64,000 bases of DNA from Octopus vulgaris (lineage: Eukaryota). The notes below the pieces were generated by a model. That model was not told the origin of the DNA. It did no database searches and worked only from the letters and a program-made list of their open reading frames with translations. Both the position numbers and the translations under genes were made by a program. The stretch spans positions 16,182,001 to 16,246,000 of the forward strand of contig OX597822.1 of assembly GCA_951406725.2 (NCBI GenBank), read 5' to 3'. Positions 27,110 to 45,288 of the stretch are shown here, in pieces. Every line of letters starts with the position of its first letter. Position 1 is the stretch's first letter.

Positions 27110-27420
27110 TAGGTTTTCTTTTGATATTATTTGCGTTAGTTGAATTAAGTTTATTGTTTTGTAATATGCTAGGGGATGCAGAGAATCTTATTCCGGGAAA
27201 TCCTTCAGTTACTTCTTTTCATTTTAAGCCTGAAGAGTATTTTGTGCTTGCGTATGTCATTTTACAGTTGATGTCAAATAAGTGGGGGATTGTTATTTGA
27301 GAAATATCCATTATTGTTTTGTTAGTTTGTCCTACAATTTATTAACGTAATGGATTACCGGGACCCCGTTCATGTTAGTAAATTAAGTGTTTATAATCAT
27401 GTATCTTAATTACTTCAAAA
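27110..27420 (-). pseudogene. Possible highly decayed PLE GIY-YIG fragment
   Basis: Minus-strand LIY...IVGQTNKT spacing resembles the GIY-YIG motifs of the 41590 ORF. Many stops. Confidence 0.3.
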
Positions 27421-29157
27421 ACCTCGTTATAGGCAGTATTCACAGCGGTATTCATTCGACGATAAAACCCCATATAGATGTGCCGTGTTTAAAAACACAT
27501 TACGTGTATATTGGTGGGATGTGGTACTCTTTCTAGATGCGGCGAACGAGGACTTCTGCCTCCATGGGCTTAAACAATCGGATGGCGGATGCCGCACTAA
27601 ATTTTACCTACAACGATGTTTTTACATTAAACATGAAGCATTAAAAGCTACTATTTTAAGCTAAAACTTGCATTGCATATAACATATATGTGCGAGTGAT
27701 GTATGTGTGTGTGTGTGTGTGTGTGTGCGTGTGTGTGTGTGCGCGTATGTGTGTGCGTGTGTGTGTATCTGTACATCTTTATGTTCGTACATATATGCAT
27801 GTATCCGCATGCGCTCAGTGTTACGTGCGTTCTAATCCTTTTTCTAAAAGGTTTCCTATCATCATATCAACCAGTGTTGTATATTTGCTACAGTTCGACC
27901 TTCGGGCATTCAACACGCTATAACCTAATAATAGTATAGCTTTTATGTTTTATTTTCTACATAAATGAAAACATCTAAAGAATATAGAAAAAAGTATTCT
28001 TTAATATACAAGCTCCGCTAAAAGCCACCGTTTAATTCTTCTCAATCATTTACTATGCGACAGAACGAGTGTCTGGTGCCAACAAACTTGAATAAATCTA
28101 CATATTTTTTTATTGATATTTGGATCAATACAGAGAAAGATCAAGAGAGGGAAAGAAAAGCACATCGAAAGCTCTATGATTACACATATGTATGTGTGCT
28201 TGTGTATTTAGAGAGATTGATAGCTAGATAAGTAAGATTGGAGAGAGAGAGAGAGAGAAATAAAAGGAAAGTAAGAAAGAGAGAGAGAACAGAATCAAAG
28301 AGATTTTAGTGAACAAAAATAGGCATCATTAGGGTTATTCGTTTGGCTTTTACAATTGTCTGTTTTACAATTTGGTGTTTTCATTCTTCAATTTAGCTGT
28401 GAAACTACGTTTGATCAACGCTTTGCTTTTACCACTTTAGTATGCATCTACTCCAGATGTCTAGACTGTAATTTATCACAAGATAAGACATTCTCATAAT
28501 TAATGATGTAATAAACTATTTCAACAAATTCTTGTCTTTATTGTGGATTTAAACTCTAGCACTCTTTACTATTATTGTCACTTGAATGTCTCGCCGAATT
28601 TCATCATCAGCGACGACCGCTTCGCCCAAACAACTTTGAGAATATAAACGACTCTTGAAGAAGTAAATTTACAATTCCCTTAGACAATTGTCACTAGCAT
28701 CTTTCTCCCCAGAAAAATAAAACTAAACACAATCTATTCACAATAATAATTTTAAGTATTTTTGGTCAACTCCAAAATAACAAATGCAGATGTATACATC
28801 TTTCAGACAAACAAATAAAGTACATACAAAAATATTGCAGCGACGAAGTTTCTCTCACAGACATTCACACAATGATTATACATATGGCGGCGGAGATTGT
28901 GTGCGTTGCATATGAACTTAGAGTTGATGTACAAATATATTAAGTGATAATTAAATATAAAGAAGTATTTATATGTTAATTAGTATACATTGTCGCCCCT
29001 GAATGTTTCACGTGCCGTCGTCAGGAGTTTTAATCCCTGCCTTTGTGTATAGTTCATTCTATCAATTTCTCTTTCTCTCCTCTCTTCTTCCCTCACTACT
29101 CTTTCCCACTCTCCCTGGCAAAATTAGCATTCATTTTGTTAGGTCGTACTATTTGCC

Positions 29158-29232
29158 TCAATCGATGAATAGACAAGTTGAGTAAACTTATCAGTAATGT
29201 ACCTATAAATTCTACTGAAAACAGCTGTATGA
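29158..29232 (+). ncRNA. Degenerate hammerhead-like motif (PLE pLTR remnant)
   Basis: tca-atcGATGA-ataga..tctact-GAAAa-cagctg-TA-tga. The core is damaged. Confidence 0.35.
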
Positions 29233-29475
29233 CAGATTTGTTCCAATAAAGGAATTAATTATATTAATAAACATCATTTTTAACTTGTTTCGTATATACC
29301 ACTAGGTAAAAGCCAGTTTATCGGGATCCCATACACGGATTTACAAAACAGAGGAACTTGGAAACCCACCAAAAGAGTTATTCACTAATCTCACTAGTTT
29401 TGTTAGCCTGGTGTTCCAACAGACAGCTTATGATGTATTTTTCCCGGATCGATAGTCCCTCGCTATTTTTATTAA

Positions 29476-34659
<5,184 letters not shown>

Positions 34660-34750
34660 GGGAATGTTACTTCCGAGTACACATGAAAAAGACATTCAAA
34701 TTAGATGTACTAAAATGAACATCACTCAATGTTTAATTCGTATATATATA

Positions 34751-35041
34751 AAGTAGTTTTAGAGACAGAACCACCTTCAACTCAATCAACACTGAAAGAT
34801 TTTATACCCGACCAGTCCATAACATGTTAAAAATCAAATCTTATACTAACTATATCTATTCTGAATCCCGTGTTTTCAGTTTATAAGACTACACGTGTTT
34901 CATGAAAGTACGTCATGAAACACGTGTAGTCTTATAAACTGAAAACACGGGATTCAGAATAGATATAGTTAGTATAAGATTTGATTTTTAACATTTTATG
35001 GACTGGTCGGGTATAAAACCTTTCAGTGTTGATTGAGTTGA

Positions 35042-35042
<1 letters not shown>
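34751..35042 (-). mobile_element. Fold-back PLE pLTR remnant: 130-bp palindrome (34776-34905 / 34913-35042) plus 25-bp tail, in (TA)n
   Basis: Near-perfect inverted repeat with a 7-nt spacer. Each arm carries the hammerhead 3' half GAAA-cacgtg-TA-gtct. TA arrays on both sides. Confidence 0.8.
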
Positions 35043-35097
<55 letters not shown>

Positions 35098-35156
35098 TTA
35101 TATACTTATATATATATATATCATATATATACTTATATATATATATATATATATAT

Positions 35157-35255
35157 CATCGACGTGTTACCTAGGTAGGCAAGGTAGGTAATGCCTACCT
35201 TGAATAAAATAGATCGATAGCAAAATGTATATATATATATATATATACTTATATA

Positions 35256-35288
<33 letters not shown>

Positions 35289-35296
35289 TATATATA

Positions 35297-35333
<37 letters not shown>

Positions 35334-35403
35334 TGGACGTGTTACCTAGGTAGGCAAGGTAAGTAATGCCTACCTTGAATAAAATAGATCGATAGCAAAA
35401 TGT
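35157..35403. repeat. Direct duplication of a unit of about 72 bp with adjoining TA tracts
   Basis: GACGTGTTACCTAGGTAGGCAAGGT..GATAGCAAAATGT at 35157-35228 and 35331-35403. Confidence 0.9.
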
Positions 35404-36520
35404 TCCTTTTATGGCAAAATGTGCACTTAATTCAAAAATGTTATGAAGGTTACTGTGATTACATAAAATAGTGCAAGTGGTCATCCGAAACTCCATTGAA
35501 TGGGAAACCATGGTGACTGGGCTAAAACAATGTCAGCGTAAGGCTATTAAGAAAGGTGTAAATATTGCGGAAGATATTACAAGCTGGCTTCAGTAGAATC
35601 CACCATATTCTGTTGTCTGGATAACACTGGCAGCTTTGGTATAGAACCCCACAAAAGATCATATTTTGGTGAAGTACTAGATTGACAGTGGCTGCCAAGG
35701 ACCAAAAACATACACATGCATATGTACACGGACACACACATGCACACATGCATACACACACACAAAGACGTACACACACATGCACAAACACCCAGACACG
35801 TTCATATATCGTTCAAAAAATAAGAGATTAAATAGCTAGTATTTCAGAAATAGTTTATTTGGTAGTTTTGATACACCAACTATTTGTTTTCTGGTTGTTC
35901 CTTTAAACATACATGCAACATACATACACACATACACATACATATATACATACATACATACTTATACATACATACACATACATATACATATCTACACTCA
36001 CACACACTGCGTGTATGCACCGCTTACCATGCACTACACACCCACTCACCCTCACTCGCGCGCGCGCGGACACATATTTGTCTTTGCATGATTTACGCGA
36101 AACATAACTCATTCTAAAATTTTGACAAGTGAATCTCTTTATTCTTCTTTGTTTTTCCTTCTCTCCCGCTAAAATATTTATTAACATTGACTTTTATTTA
36201 TACTTTAAGCAATACATTTTACAACAATCAGGTGGTTTCCATTTAGACTGGGATACTGCCAACTTCGATTGTGTGCCATCTATAGTTACAGTATCAAAAT
36301 AAAAGGGAGAAGCTATCGGAATTTTTTTTCCTTTCCTATCTCAAAGGAGAAAACTGAATTGAAATTGAACCAGATTAGAAATAAAGATAAGGAAATGGAA
36401 TATTTGTATCTGAGCAGAAACTATAAAATTTCAGCGCAGTTCGATCCGTTTCTTTAATTTCTTCCGTTTATTTTCTTTCACTTTCCATATAACTTATTTA
36501 TCTCTCACTTATACACACAC

Positions 36521-36660
<140 letters not shown>

Positions 36661-36661
36661 G

Positions 36662-36694
<33 letters not shown>

Positions 36695-37420
36695 ATATAT
36701 ATTTATATCTATATATATATATATCTATATATATTTATATTTATATATATATATATTTATATATGTATGTATATATATATATATGTGTGTGTGTCTATAT
36801 ATATGTGTGTTTGTGTGTAAGTATATATATATATATATATATATATACGCCCATACATACATATATATACATATATATATACACACATGCATACATATAT
36901 ATGCGCATACACACACATATGCATACATAGACAGGCAGCCAGACATTCAGATACACATGCTTATTTACAAGCATACTTATTGATAGAAAGGTTTTCCATC
37001 CGAATATCCTTGAAAGAAGAATTTACGACATTCTAATCCAAGTCGTTTCTTGCTGAGCAAGTAAACTTTATCATTTGTGTATTTGCTGTTTCTGTTGTTT
37101 CCCCACCCCCACCCCCAGTCTAAGATATTTATGGAAACATCGAAGAAGTACACTCTGAAAATAGATTAGTTTCAACAAATGCCAGGATTGGAAGAAGGAA
37201 CCAAGAGACGGGATAAGGATTTAAGAGAGAATATTATTGGATGCAGGGAGGGAATTAGAACGAAAAGGAAGATGAATCTAGTCGGACTGTGTAAGGCAAC
37301 GGGTTAGCTTACTTGTCGTTTCTAGGTCACTCGCTTATAAATAGTCTGCGCATAAACAAATGTTGGCAAATACGCAGGAGGATCTACATACGCACATACA
37401 TACATACATACATACATACA

Positions 37421-37453
<33 letters not shown>

Positions 37454-39148
37454 GTGCACGTGTATGTTTGTGCGCCTCTTTGTGAGTGAGAGTGTGTATA
37501 AAGAATTGAATAAAGTCGGAAATACACTTAGCGTGAGATTTATTTATATTAATTTGAATGCATTTAACCGGTTTCACGTTTATGTGACTTTCAGACGAGT
37601 AAGAGATGTGAAATGTGGAGCTATGTCACAAACTATGACATTTCTCGACGTCCTTCCAATATTCGTTGGTTCTTTTATAGGCAGAATGTGGATTAGATTG
37701 TTCTTATTTAACATTCAGATTGACTGGTTGAAGATGTTCACGTGGTAAGATAAGGGTATCCTTTTTGTCAGTTCCCTGCTACGGCCGTGTACTAAAGCCA
37801 TGTGATATACCCACTTGTGGGGATCGGGCCAAATGTTTAGTCGATTCAATAAGTCATGTAACAGTCGCAGGAATAGCTAGAAATGGTGGAAATCGCGCTC
37901 GAATGATGGCTTGGTTGGCCCTGGAGGTTGTGTCAAGCAGATGTTATTTTCATTTACTGAATGGTTAATTATCTCCCACAATCTTGCACGTGTGCACATA
38001 CATATACACGCACACATATATTTACTTATATGTGTACGTGTATGTGTCCATATTTAAGGAACATTTCAAACAGCTGGTGATAATAAATTACGTTTCAAAA
38101 GGTAATTCTAAGGGATTTAATAAAATGAGAAGGTAGCAAAAGCAATGTAATATTTTAAATGGTGAAGCAGTATGAAGGCAAAATTAAGCTATAATTGTTT
38201 GCGTCTCAAATTTTGACAAACTTTAGTGATACCCCTTAAAACGTTATTTTGACCACAACTGTTCGTAATTTTCCCTCTATATTTAAAACTATTGACTTTT
38301 AACTGAACAATGCAGACTTCAGACGTTATGCTCGATTCCAATAAGTCCAAAAATGTCCAAACTTGAGCTTTGCTCCCCCTTTGCATGTAATCAGACTCAA
38401 GAAATTTCCTTTTATACATAAATTCATTCGGGGAATTCTTGAAGTTATCCCTTGTTTTAAAGAGTTGTTGCTACTACTAGCATTTTGAGTTCTTTCTCCA
38501 ATTAAAAGGGAAATACTAATTCATTGAGTAGTTTTGTGTCTGTCCTTTAGTACATCGACCTTTAATCTGTTCTATATGCACCGCTTACCACGCACTCATA
38601 TGTTAGAGAGCATCAATGAAAATAGGCCAAAGAAAGGATTATATTTTAACTCTTCGCATGGTTGTACGGATGTAAAGGTTCCTAATATTATTGGCTAGCT
38701 GTTTGCAAATAACTGATACCTGGGGCATCCCCCATCGACACACACATCAAAAACAAAACAATCCCCTGCGCATAATAAAGTATAAGTCCATCTGTTGCTT
38801 CATGATGTAGAATCCTCTTTCCATTTGGTGTCTTTAGTCGCATTCCCATCTCTCTAATCACCACTTACACAGGAAATAATTCTTTACTATTTCACGAAAG
38901 GAATTAGCGTATTTGGGGGCATATAAAAGTCATTTCCTTCTTCCTCTCAATATGACCTCCAATACAGTGATTAATATTTTCATGGACTAAAACCAAAGGA
39001 GAAACTATATCTCTCATCCCAAACATAACAACTTCTGATGGCGCAGATCGCTAGTTTACCATCACTCCGCTAACTGTGAGATATATATACATGCATGCAT
39101 TCATATATTCATACATATGTGTGTGTGTGTTTACTGAACCCTAATTAT

Positions 39149-39197
<49 letters not shown>

Positions 39198-39254
39198 CCA
39201 TATATATATACATACATATATATACATATATATATATATATACATATATATATG

Positions 39255-39319
<65 letters not shown>

Positions 39320-39596
39320 TTTTGTGTGTGTTATATAATTAGGGTTCAGTAAAATAATTTACTTTACCACACACCGTACTTTTAGAAATAGCAGCCAAAA
39401 AATCTTAGCTATTTCTTCTACTATAAGAAAAATCTCCCAGACAATGCATACTCAAAAATAATTCACACAGGTATAGAGGGAAAAATAACGAAAGATCACA
39501 CGTACATAAGATTATACCGTAATTGGTCTTTTTACATACTGAACACTACTTGGTAAAATTAATTAACAATTAATTAATTTTACCCTTTTATTATTG

Positions 39597-39631
<35 letters not shown>

Positions 39632-39701
39632 ATATGTATATATAGTTGTAAAATCTCAAGAAGAGAGAGAGAGTAGTAACTCTCCTAAACACTAAATCCA
39701 T

Positions 39702-39897
39702 TCACTACATCAAAGTGGCTGTGGAATGTTACTACCCTTTTAACCCCAGGCAGGTTCTCCACCAGCTGGTCATCGGTGCAAAACTCTGCACCCTTTATAT
39801 ACATTATATTGTTAACAAAGTGACCATCGGCCACTGATTTACAACATGCCTAGGGTTAAACTAGAAGTAACATGGAACGGCCACTTTGATGTGGCGA
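39702..39897. repeat. Imperfect 55-bp inverted repeat (39702-39756 / 39843-39897)
   Basis: ACATCAAAGTGGC..ATGTTACT..TTAACCC.AGGCA versus its reverse complement, with an inner GGTGCA/TGCACC hairpin. Confidence 0.7.
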
Positions 39898-40222
39898 CTG
39901 ACTTCACTATGCATGTATGAACAATGTGTGTATATTTATATACATGTGTCGTGTATTCGAAGGTTTGTGAGCCCTGGGGTAGATTTGTTCAACTAAAGGC
40001 GGTGCACCAGCATGGCCGCAGTCATATGACTGAAACAAGTATAAGAATAAAAGAATAAAAGGATTTTTACACTCAATAAAATATAAATAAATGTAACTCG
40101 GAAAATAATTCAGATATATTGCCACACACACACTAAGGCATATATGTACATAGTCTTATAAATATATGCATAGATAGATACACCAACAAACACAGCTTTG
40201 TACACACACATACACACACATT

Positions 40223-40255
<33 letters not shown>

Positions 40256-40700
40256 TTATATATACGTATATATGTAATTAAATGCATATATATATATGTG
40301 TGATATATATATATATAGAGAGAGAGAGTGTGTGAGAAAGAGAAAGAGAGAGAAGTTATGAGATGTAATGGTGTCAATAAGACCCAAAGGTGTCAGGTAA
40401 TGCTGAGTAAGTGCAATGAACAGAGCATTGTTAAGCTCCAGGTTCTTTGATTATGCGAATGAGGAATCTGTAAATAAAACCCTCGATTCAATAGGACTGT
40501 ATACTTGGAATGACCAATTTTAAATACATTTGGAATTTACTCACAAGGTATTGGAATCTTATATGTATACCATTCTGCCTAAATAATGTATCTACAAATG
40601 CAATATCCCTGCATATCTCACGTCTGTTGTCATTCCTCCACTTCATTCTCTAATTCCTATCTTAACTAAATCAAATATTGCTTAACCACTTTCTCACACC

Positions 40701-40748
40701 GTCTCCAATGAAGGGATATAATAAATATCCTGGAAAAAGCTGTAAGAC
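40701..40748 (+). ncRNA. Degenerate minimal hammerhead motif in PLE pLTR remnant ending at (TA)n
   Basis: gtct-CCAATGA-agggata-taataaa-tatcctg-GAAA-aagctg-TA-agac. Confidence 0.45.
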
Positions 40749-40800
40749 ATTCTATTTATAAATGTTCTAAAATCTTCACAGCCTTGGCTTTTTATCTCCT

Positions 40801-40886
<86 letters not shown>

Positions 40887-41044
40887 GTGTGTGTGATTGT
40901 GTATAGAAGAATATATTAATAAAAGGAATTCCAACCTTGTCTGATTTTCACGTTTTATTTACAATCTTATAATGATATATTATAAGATAATATATTATAA
41001 TAGAATAAAATAAAATAGTAGAATGTTAAATGTTCAATCTGATT

Positions 41045-41087
41045 GAACTAGTACTTTCATGCATTAAATTCTGCAATCTTCGGGTTC
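41045..41087 (-). ncRNA. Minimal type I hammerhead motif (U4C core) in 3' pLTR
   Basis: gaac-CCGAAGA-t-tgca-gaatttaa-tgca-t-GAAA-gtac-TA-gttc. Confidence 0.7.
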
Positions 41088-41589
41088 GTGTAGTAGTGGT
41101 GACAGTCATGCTTCACAATTTTTGGCTGTAGCAAGATGATTGATTCTGTGCTTTAAATACAGCTGGGTAGGCTCCAGAGTGCTAGGTTTTGCAAACTGTA
41201 TTCTGACCAATCAGTGTGTAGTATCACTCAATTACTTAAGCTGATTGATTGGTTGGTTGAGCTGATTGGTTTAGGCGTCACGCTTTGTTGGACATGTCAA
41301 GAGTCCTGTATCTTGACCCTGGCCGAAGCAGCAATTGTTGGGTTATTTTTAGAAATGTTGTAAATAGCCTTTGTCAGAGATTTTTATATTTTTATATTTC
41401 AATTCCCATCATCATCATTGTCAGCACCTTATTTATTGTTGCTAGTAGTGATGGTGGTGGCAATAGAACTTTTAACCCTGAATAAGATAATTTTCCTGCT
41501 ATCTTCATCTTGATCACCTTTAGTATTGTTGTTGTTGTTAGTGGTCATGGTCGTAGCAGTAGAAGTAGTACCTCTCAGTATTATTATTA

Positions 41590-44400
41590 TTATTGCTTAT
41601 TTAGCTCGGGTTCGAATTTATCAATAAAATTCTTTTCTCTGATTCTCCTCTCGATTTCATTTGGGCTGTGTAATTTGTAGAACGGAAATATTATATACAT
41701 TTTCCGGCCACATGTTGCTAGGTGGTTACTCAAAGGTATCTGACGGACCTCTGGGTCTCTAATCTGTTGTCGGTGTACACGTGAGCGTTCTAATAGTGCG
41801 TTTCCCGTCTGACCTACATATATTTCTTCACAATTTTGGCATTTGATGCAGTAAATTAAATTTCTGCTTTTGCAGTTCATATTCGCGTTTGTGAATATTT
41901 TCCCGGTTTTTGTGTTTATATATTGGCCGGTATGTATGAATTGGCATGTGCCACATCGGCTATCATTGCATTTAGATACAGTGAATGTTTGGTCTTTGTT
42001 GTTAAGGTCAAAGTTTGCCTTTGTTAGTAATTTTTTCAAGTTTTTAGGCTGTCTTTTACTAAGCACCATAGCTCGATCCGTGATTATGTCTTTTAATTCA
42101 TTACTTTGGGCAATGATTGGTAGGTTTGTTTTGGCAATGTTGAAGATATTCTGGTGACATGGGTTGTGTGTCACTATGAATGGTATGACTTGATCTTGTT
42201 TTCCTTTTCCTTGGGTTGTCCTAAGTTGTTGTATGGGTATTTTTATAGCCCGCTGTATGCCATTTTCTATAAGTAGAGATGGGTATTTTTGTTTGAGCAA
42301 AAATTCTTTTAGTTCTATTAGGCGTTTGTTCCTGATATTTGCATCTTCTACAATGGTACAAATTCTTCTGGCTAGGCAGTATGGGATGTTACGTTTTGTA
42401 TGTGGTGGATGGCACGACTTAAAATTTAGGTATTGATGTGTGTCTGTGTGTTTATAGTATATATCTGTGGTGATGGTGGTGTCTTTTTTAATTACCATTA
42501 TATCTAGGAATGGTAATTTGGTACTACTCATCTCCTTTGTAAATTGGAGAGATGGGTGTAGGTTGTTCAGGAGGATATTGAACTCTTCCAGAGTATTTAG
42601 AGATTCTGTCCAGATTATGAAGCAGTCGGCAAGGTATCTCTTCCATGCCTTTTCAATATACTTTCTAAATCCAGTGCCATAGTTTACCTCCCCCTTGGTA
42701 GAGTTGTTCTTCTAAGTATCCCATTACAGAGTTGGCGTAAACGGGAGCAAACCTCGTTCCCATCGCCGTGCCTCTAATTTGGATGTAATTCTTTCCATTG
42801 AAGAAGAATGTGTTGTTTTCTAGAATAAGTTTGACTGTGTCTAATATAAATGGCACTGTGAATCTGCTGGGAATCACTTCTCTATGTTTTTCTAACCAGT
42901 ATTTAATCGCCTTTATTCCTAAATCGTGTGGAATATTGGTGTAGAGGCTTACCACATCAAAACTTAGTAAAACTGAATTTGTTTCTGTTGTTTTGGGAAG
43001 ATGGGACAGGAAGTCGATGTCATCCCTGATGAAACTGGGTATGTAAGTACATAGTGGTTTCAAAACAATGTCAATAAAATTGCTTAGACGGTGGGTAGGG
43101 CATGCTGGATCAGCTATAATACATCTCTTTTGGATGTAGTAATTTTATGTACTCACTTTCTTGTTCTTTTACTGCCTGTTGAATATCTTTTGATTTGTGT
43201 ATTTTTGGTAAGCCGTAGAAGTTGCTGGGTTTTGGTTCGAAATTGGTGATGTAGTCTCTTTCATTATCCGTAAGTGAGTTGTAGTGTGTTGAGATCAGGT
43301 TGTTGATCTTTTTCATGATGTGGTGGTCTATATTTGCGGGTATTTCACAATAGAAGGTTGTATCCTTCAGTTGGTCCTCAACCAAATCCTTATAGTATTC
43401 GGTATCCATAATAACAATTGCACCACCTTTATCTGCTTGTTTAATTATTATGGTTTGATCGTTTTATATACGTTTACATGCAGACATCTCTGATTTGCTA
43501 ATGTTTGGCCTAACATTGGTATTGCGTCTAAGGGGAAATTTAGACAGGATATCAATGTATTGATCAAGGTAGTTATTTCTTCCTTTTGGTGGGGTGAAAT
43601 TTGATTTATTCCTTACTAGAGATTCATCAATCTCATTACTTTTGTTAGCGAAGAATTCTACAAGTCGTAATTTTCGACACAATTTTTGGATATCCTCCTT
43701 TAATTCTTGGTGGTTGGCTGTTGGTGTAGGTGTGAATTTCAGTCCCTTTGACAGAAGTTGGATTTCATCATTGTCAAGATCTCTTTTTGATAAATTAATT
43801 ATTTTAGGATCTATACGTTCAGTTGTTTGGGGTATGTTTCCTCTTCAATTTTTTCTTTCTCCGGTGTTTGTTGTCCTGACGTAAAAAAATGGATTTTTTT
43901 CTGTTTAAGATTTATATTCAGTTGATGTTTGCTTGATGTTTTGGCTGTGGTATTTTACTTGGTTTCGTTATGTTTTCTGTCTTGTTTTTGGTTTTAATGT
44001 ATGCTACTTTTCAATTTCTTGTTAGCATTGTTTTTAACCACCTGGAGAAATGATCTGGGTTTACTTCTAGATCTAGATCGGTTTTTTGTCCACTTTCTTG
44101 TGGGTAATCTCTGTTGAGGTCTTGAAAATGATCTGTTATTTCTACTGCTAATGGTCTGTTCAAAAGAATATCTATTTTGTTTGTGCTTTTTGTTCATGTT
44201 GTGTGCATTAGGGTGTTTGCATACAAAAAGGGAAGAGTTCTTACCGTAGTTCGTCTTCGATTCGTGGTGAAACGGGTGTTCATGTTGCCACGTGTTCTGG
44301 TGTATGTTGCGTTGGTGAGGTTGTCCACTTTTAATACTATTTCTCGGAGTTCTGGTGTCTTTACCGTAATTTATAGCATATTTATCGAGAAATAATTGTT
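41590..44400 (-). pseudogene. Frameshifted PLE reverse transcriptase / GIY-YIG endonuclease ORF
   Basis: Pieces ADKGGAIV, FYGLPKIHK, SFDVVSLYTNIPH, QIRGTAMGTRFAP, WKRYLADCF (YxDD changed to YLAD) and LPFLD. Cys-rich linker CNDSRCGTC, then NLIYCIKC..IYVGQTG..ERSRVH..E..PELN. The C-terminal 313 aa (41590-42531) is open. Confidence 0.92.
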
Positions 44401-44544
44401 TCCTCTGTCAAAAATATAAAAATCTCTGACAAAGGCTATTTACAACATTTCTAACAATAACCCAACAATTGCTGCTACGACCAGGGTCAAGATACAGGAC
44501 TCTTGACATGTCCAACAAAGCGTGACGCCTAAACCATTCAGCTC

Positions 44545-44650
44545 AACCAACCAATCAGCTTAAGTAATTGAGTGATACTACACACTGATTGGTCAGAATA
44601 CAGTTTGCAAAACCTAGTACTCTGGAGCCTACCCAGCTGTATTTAAAGCG
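44545..44650 (+). promoter_or_regulatory. Putative pLTR promoter (CCAAT boxes and TATTTAAA) upstream of the hammerhead
   Basis: CCAATCAG at about 44551, reverse CTGATTGG at about 44585, TATTTAAA at about 44640. Mirrored in the left pLTR. Function is inferred only. Confidence 0.3.
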
Positions 44651-44710
44651 CAGAATCAATCATCTTGCTACAGTCAAAAATTGTGAAGCATGACTGTCAC
44701 CACTACTACA

Positions 44711-44755
44711 TGAACCCGAAGATTGCAGAATTTAATGCATGAAAGTACTAGTTCA
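44711..44755 (+). ncRNA. Minimal type I hammerhead motif (U4C core) in inverted 5' pLTR
   Basis: tgaac-CCGAAGA-ttgcagaatttaatgcat-GAAA-gtac-TA-gttca. Confidence 0.7.
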
Positions 44756-44912
44756 ATCAGATTGAACATTTAACATTCTACTATTTTATTTTATTCTATT
44801 ATAATATATTATCTTATAATATATCATTATAAGATTGTAAATAAAACGTGAAAATCAGACAAGGTTGGAATTCCTTTTATTAATATATTATTCTATACAC
44901 AATCACACACAC

Positions 44913-44962
<50 letters not shown>

Positions 44963-44964
<2 letters not shown>

Positions 44965-45241
44965 GTAAAACTGTTATTATTGTCATTACTATATTTTTAT
45001 ATTTATTTTTATACTTTCTAAACTTACCTGTATTTTTTGGTCTTTCCCTACCCTTCTGTCCGCCACTAGCCGCCATGATAGATCGTTAGCCACTACACAC
45101 ATTTTTTTCTCTCCTTGTTTCTCTCCTTATTTTTTCCGTGTCCCTTTCTGTAGAAGAGCGTACGCTCGAAACGTAACATACTTTTTCCATTCCTGACAGT
45201 TATACTAATACATCTCTTTGTTTTATTTCGTAAACTCTCCC
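44963..45241 (+). mobile_element. Short pLTR-like remnant between (TA)n arrays with a hammerhead-like motif at 45144-45178
   Basis: cttt-CTGTAGA-a-gagc-gtac-gctc-GAAA-cg-TA-acat. The core has A6U and stem I is damaged. Confidence 0.5.

Positions 45242-45288
<47 letters not shown>

Larger units (their letters stand above)
40885..44914 (-). mobile_element. Penelope-like element (Neptune-like) with inverted pLTRs of about 505 bp, inserted in (TA)n
   Basis: Inverted repeat arms 40885-41392 and 44410-44914 are nearly identical and enclose an RT+GIY-YIG coding region. TA arrays at 40805-40884 and 44915-44962. Confidence 0.92.

Noticed and set aside
38189-38419. 76-aa ORF
   Set aside because: No motif, and the length is compatible with chance.
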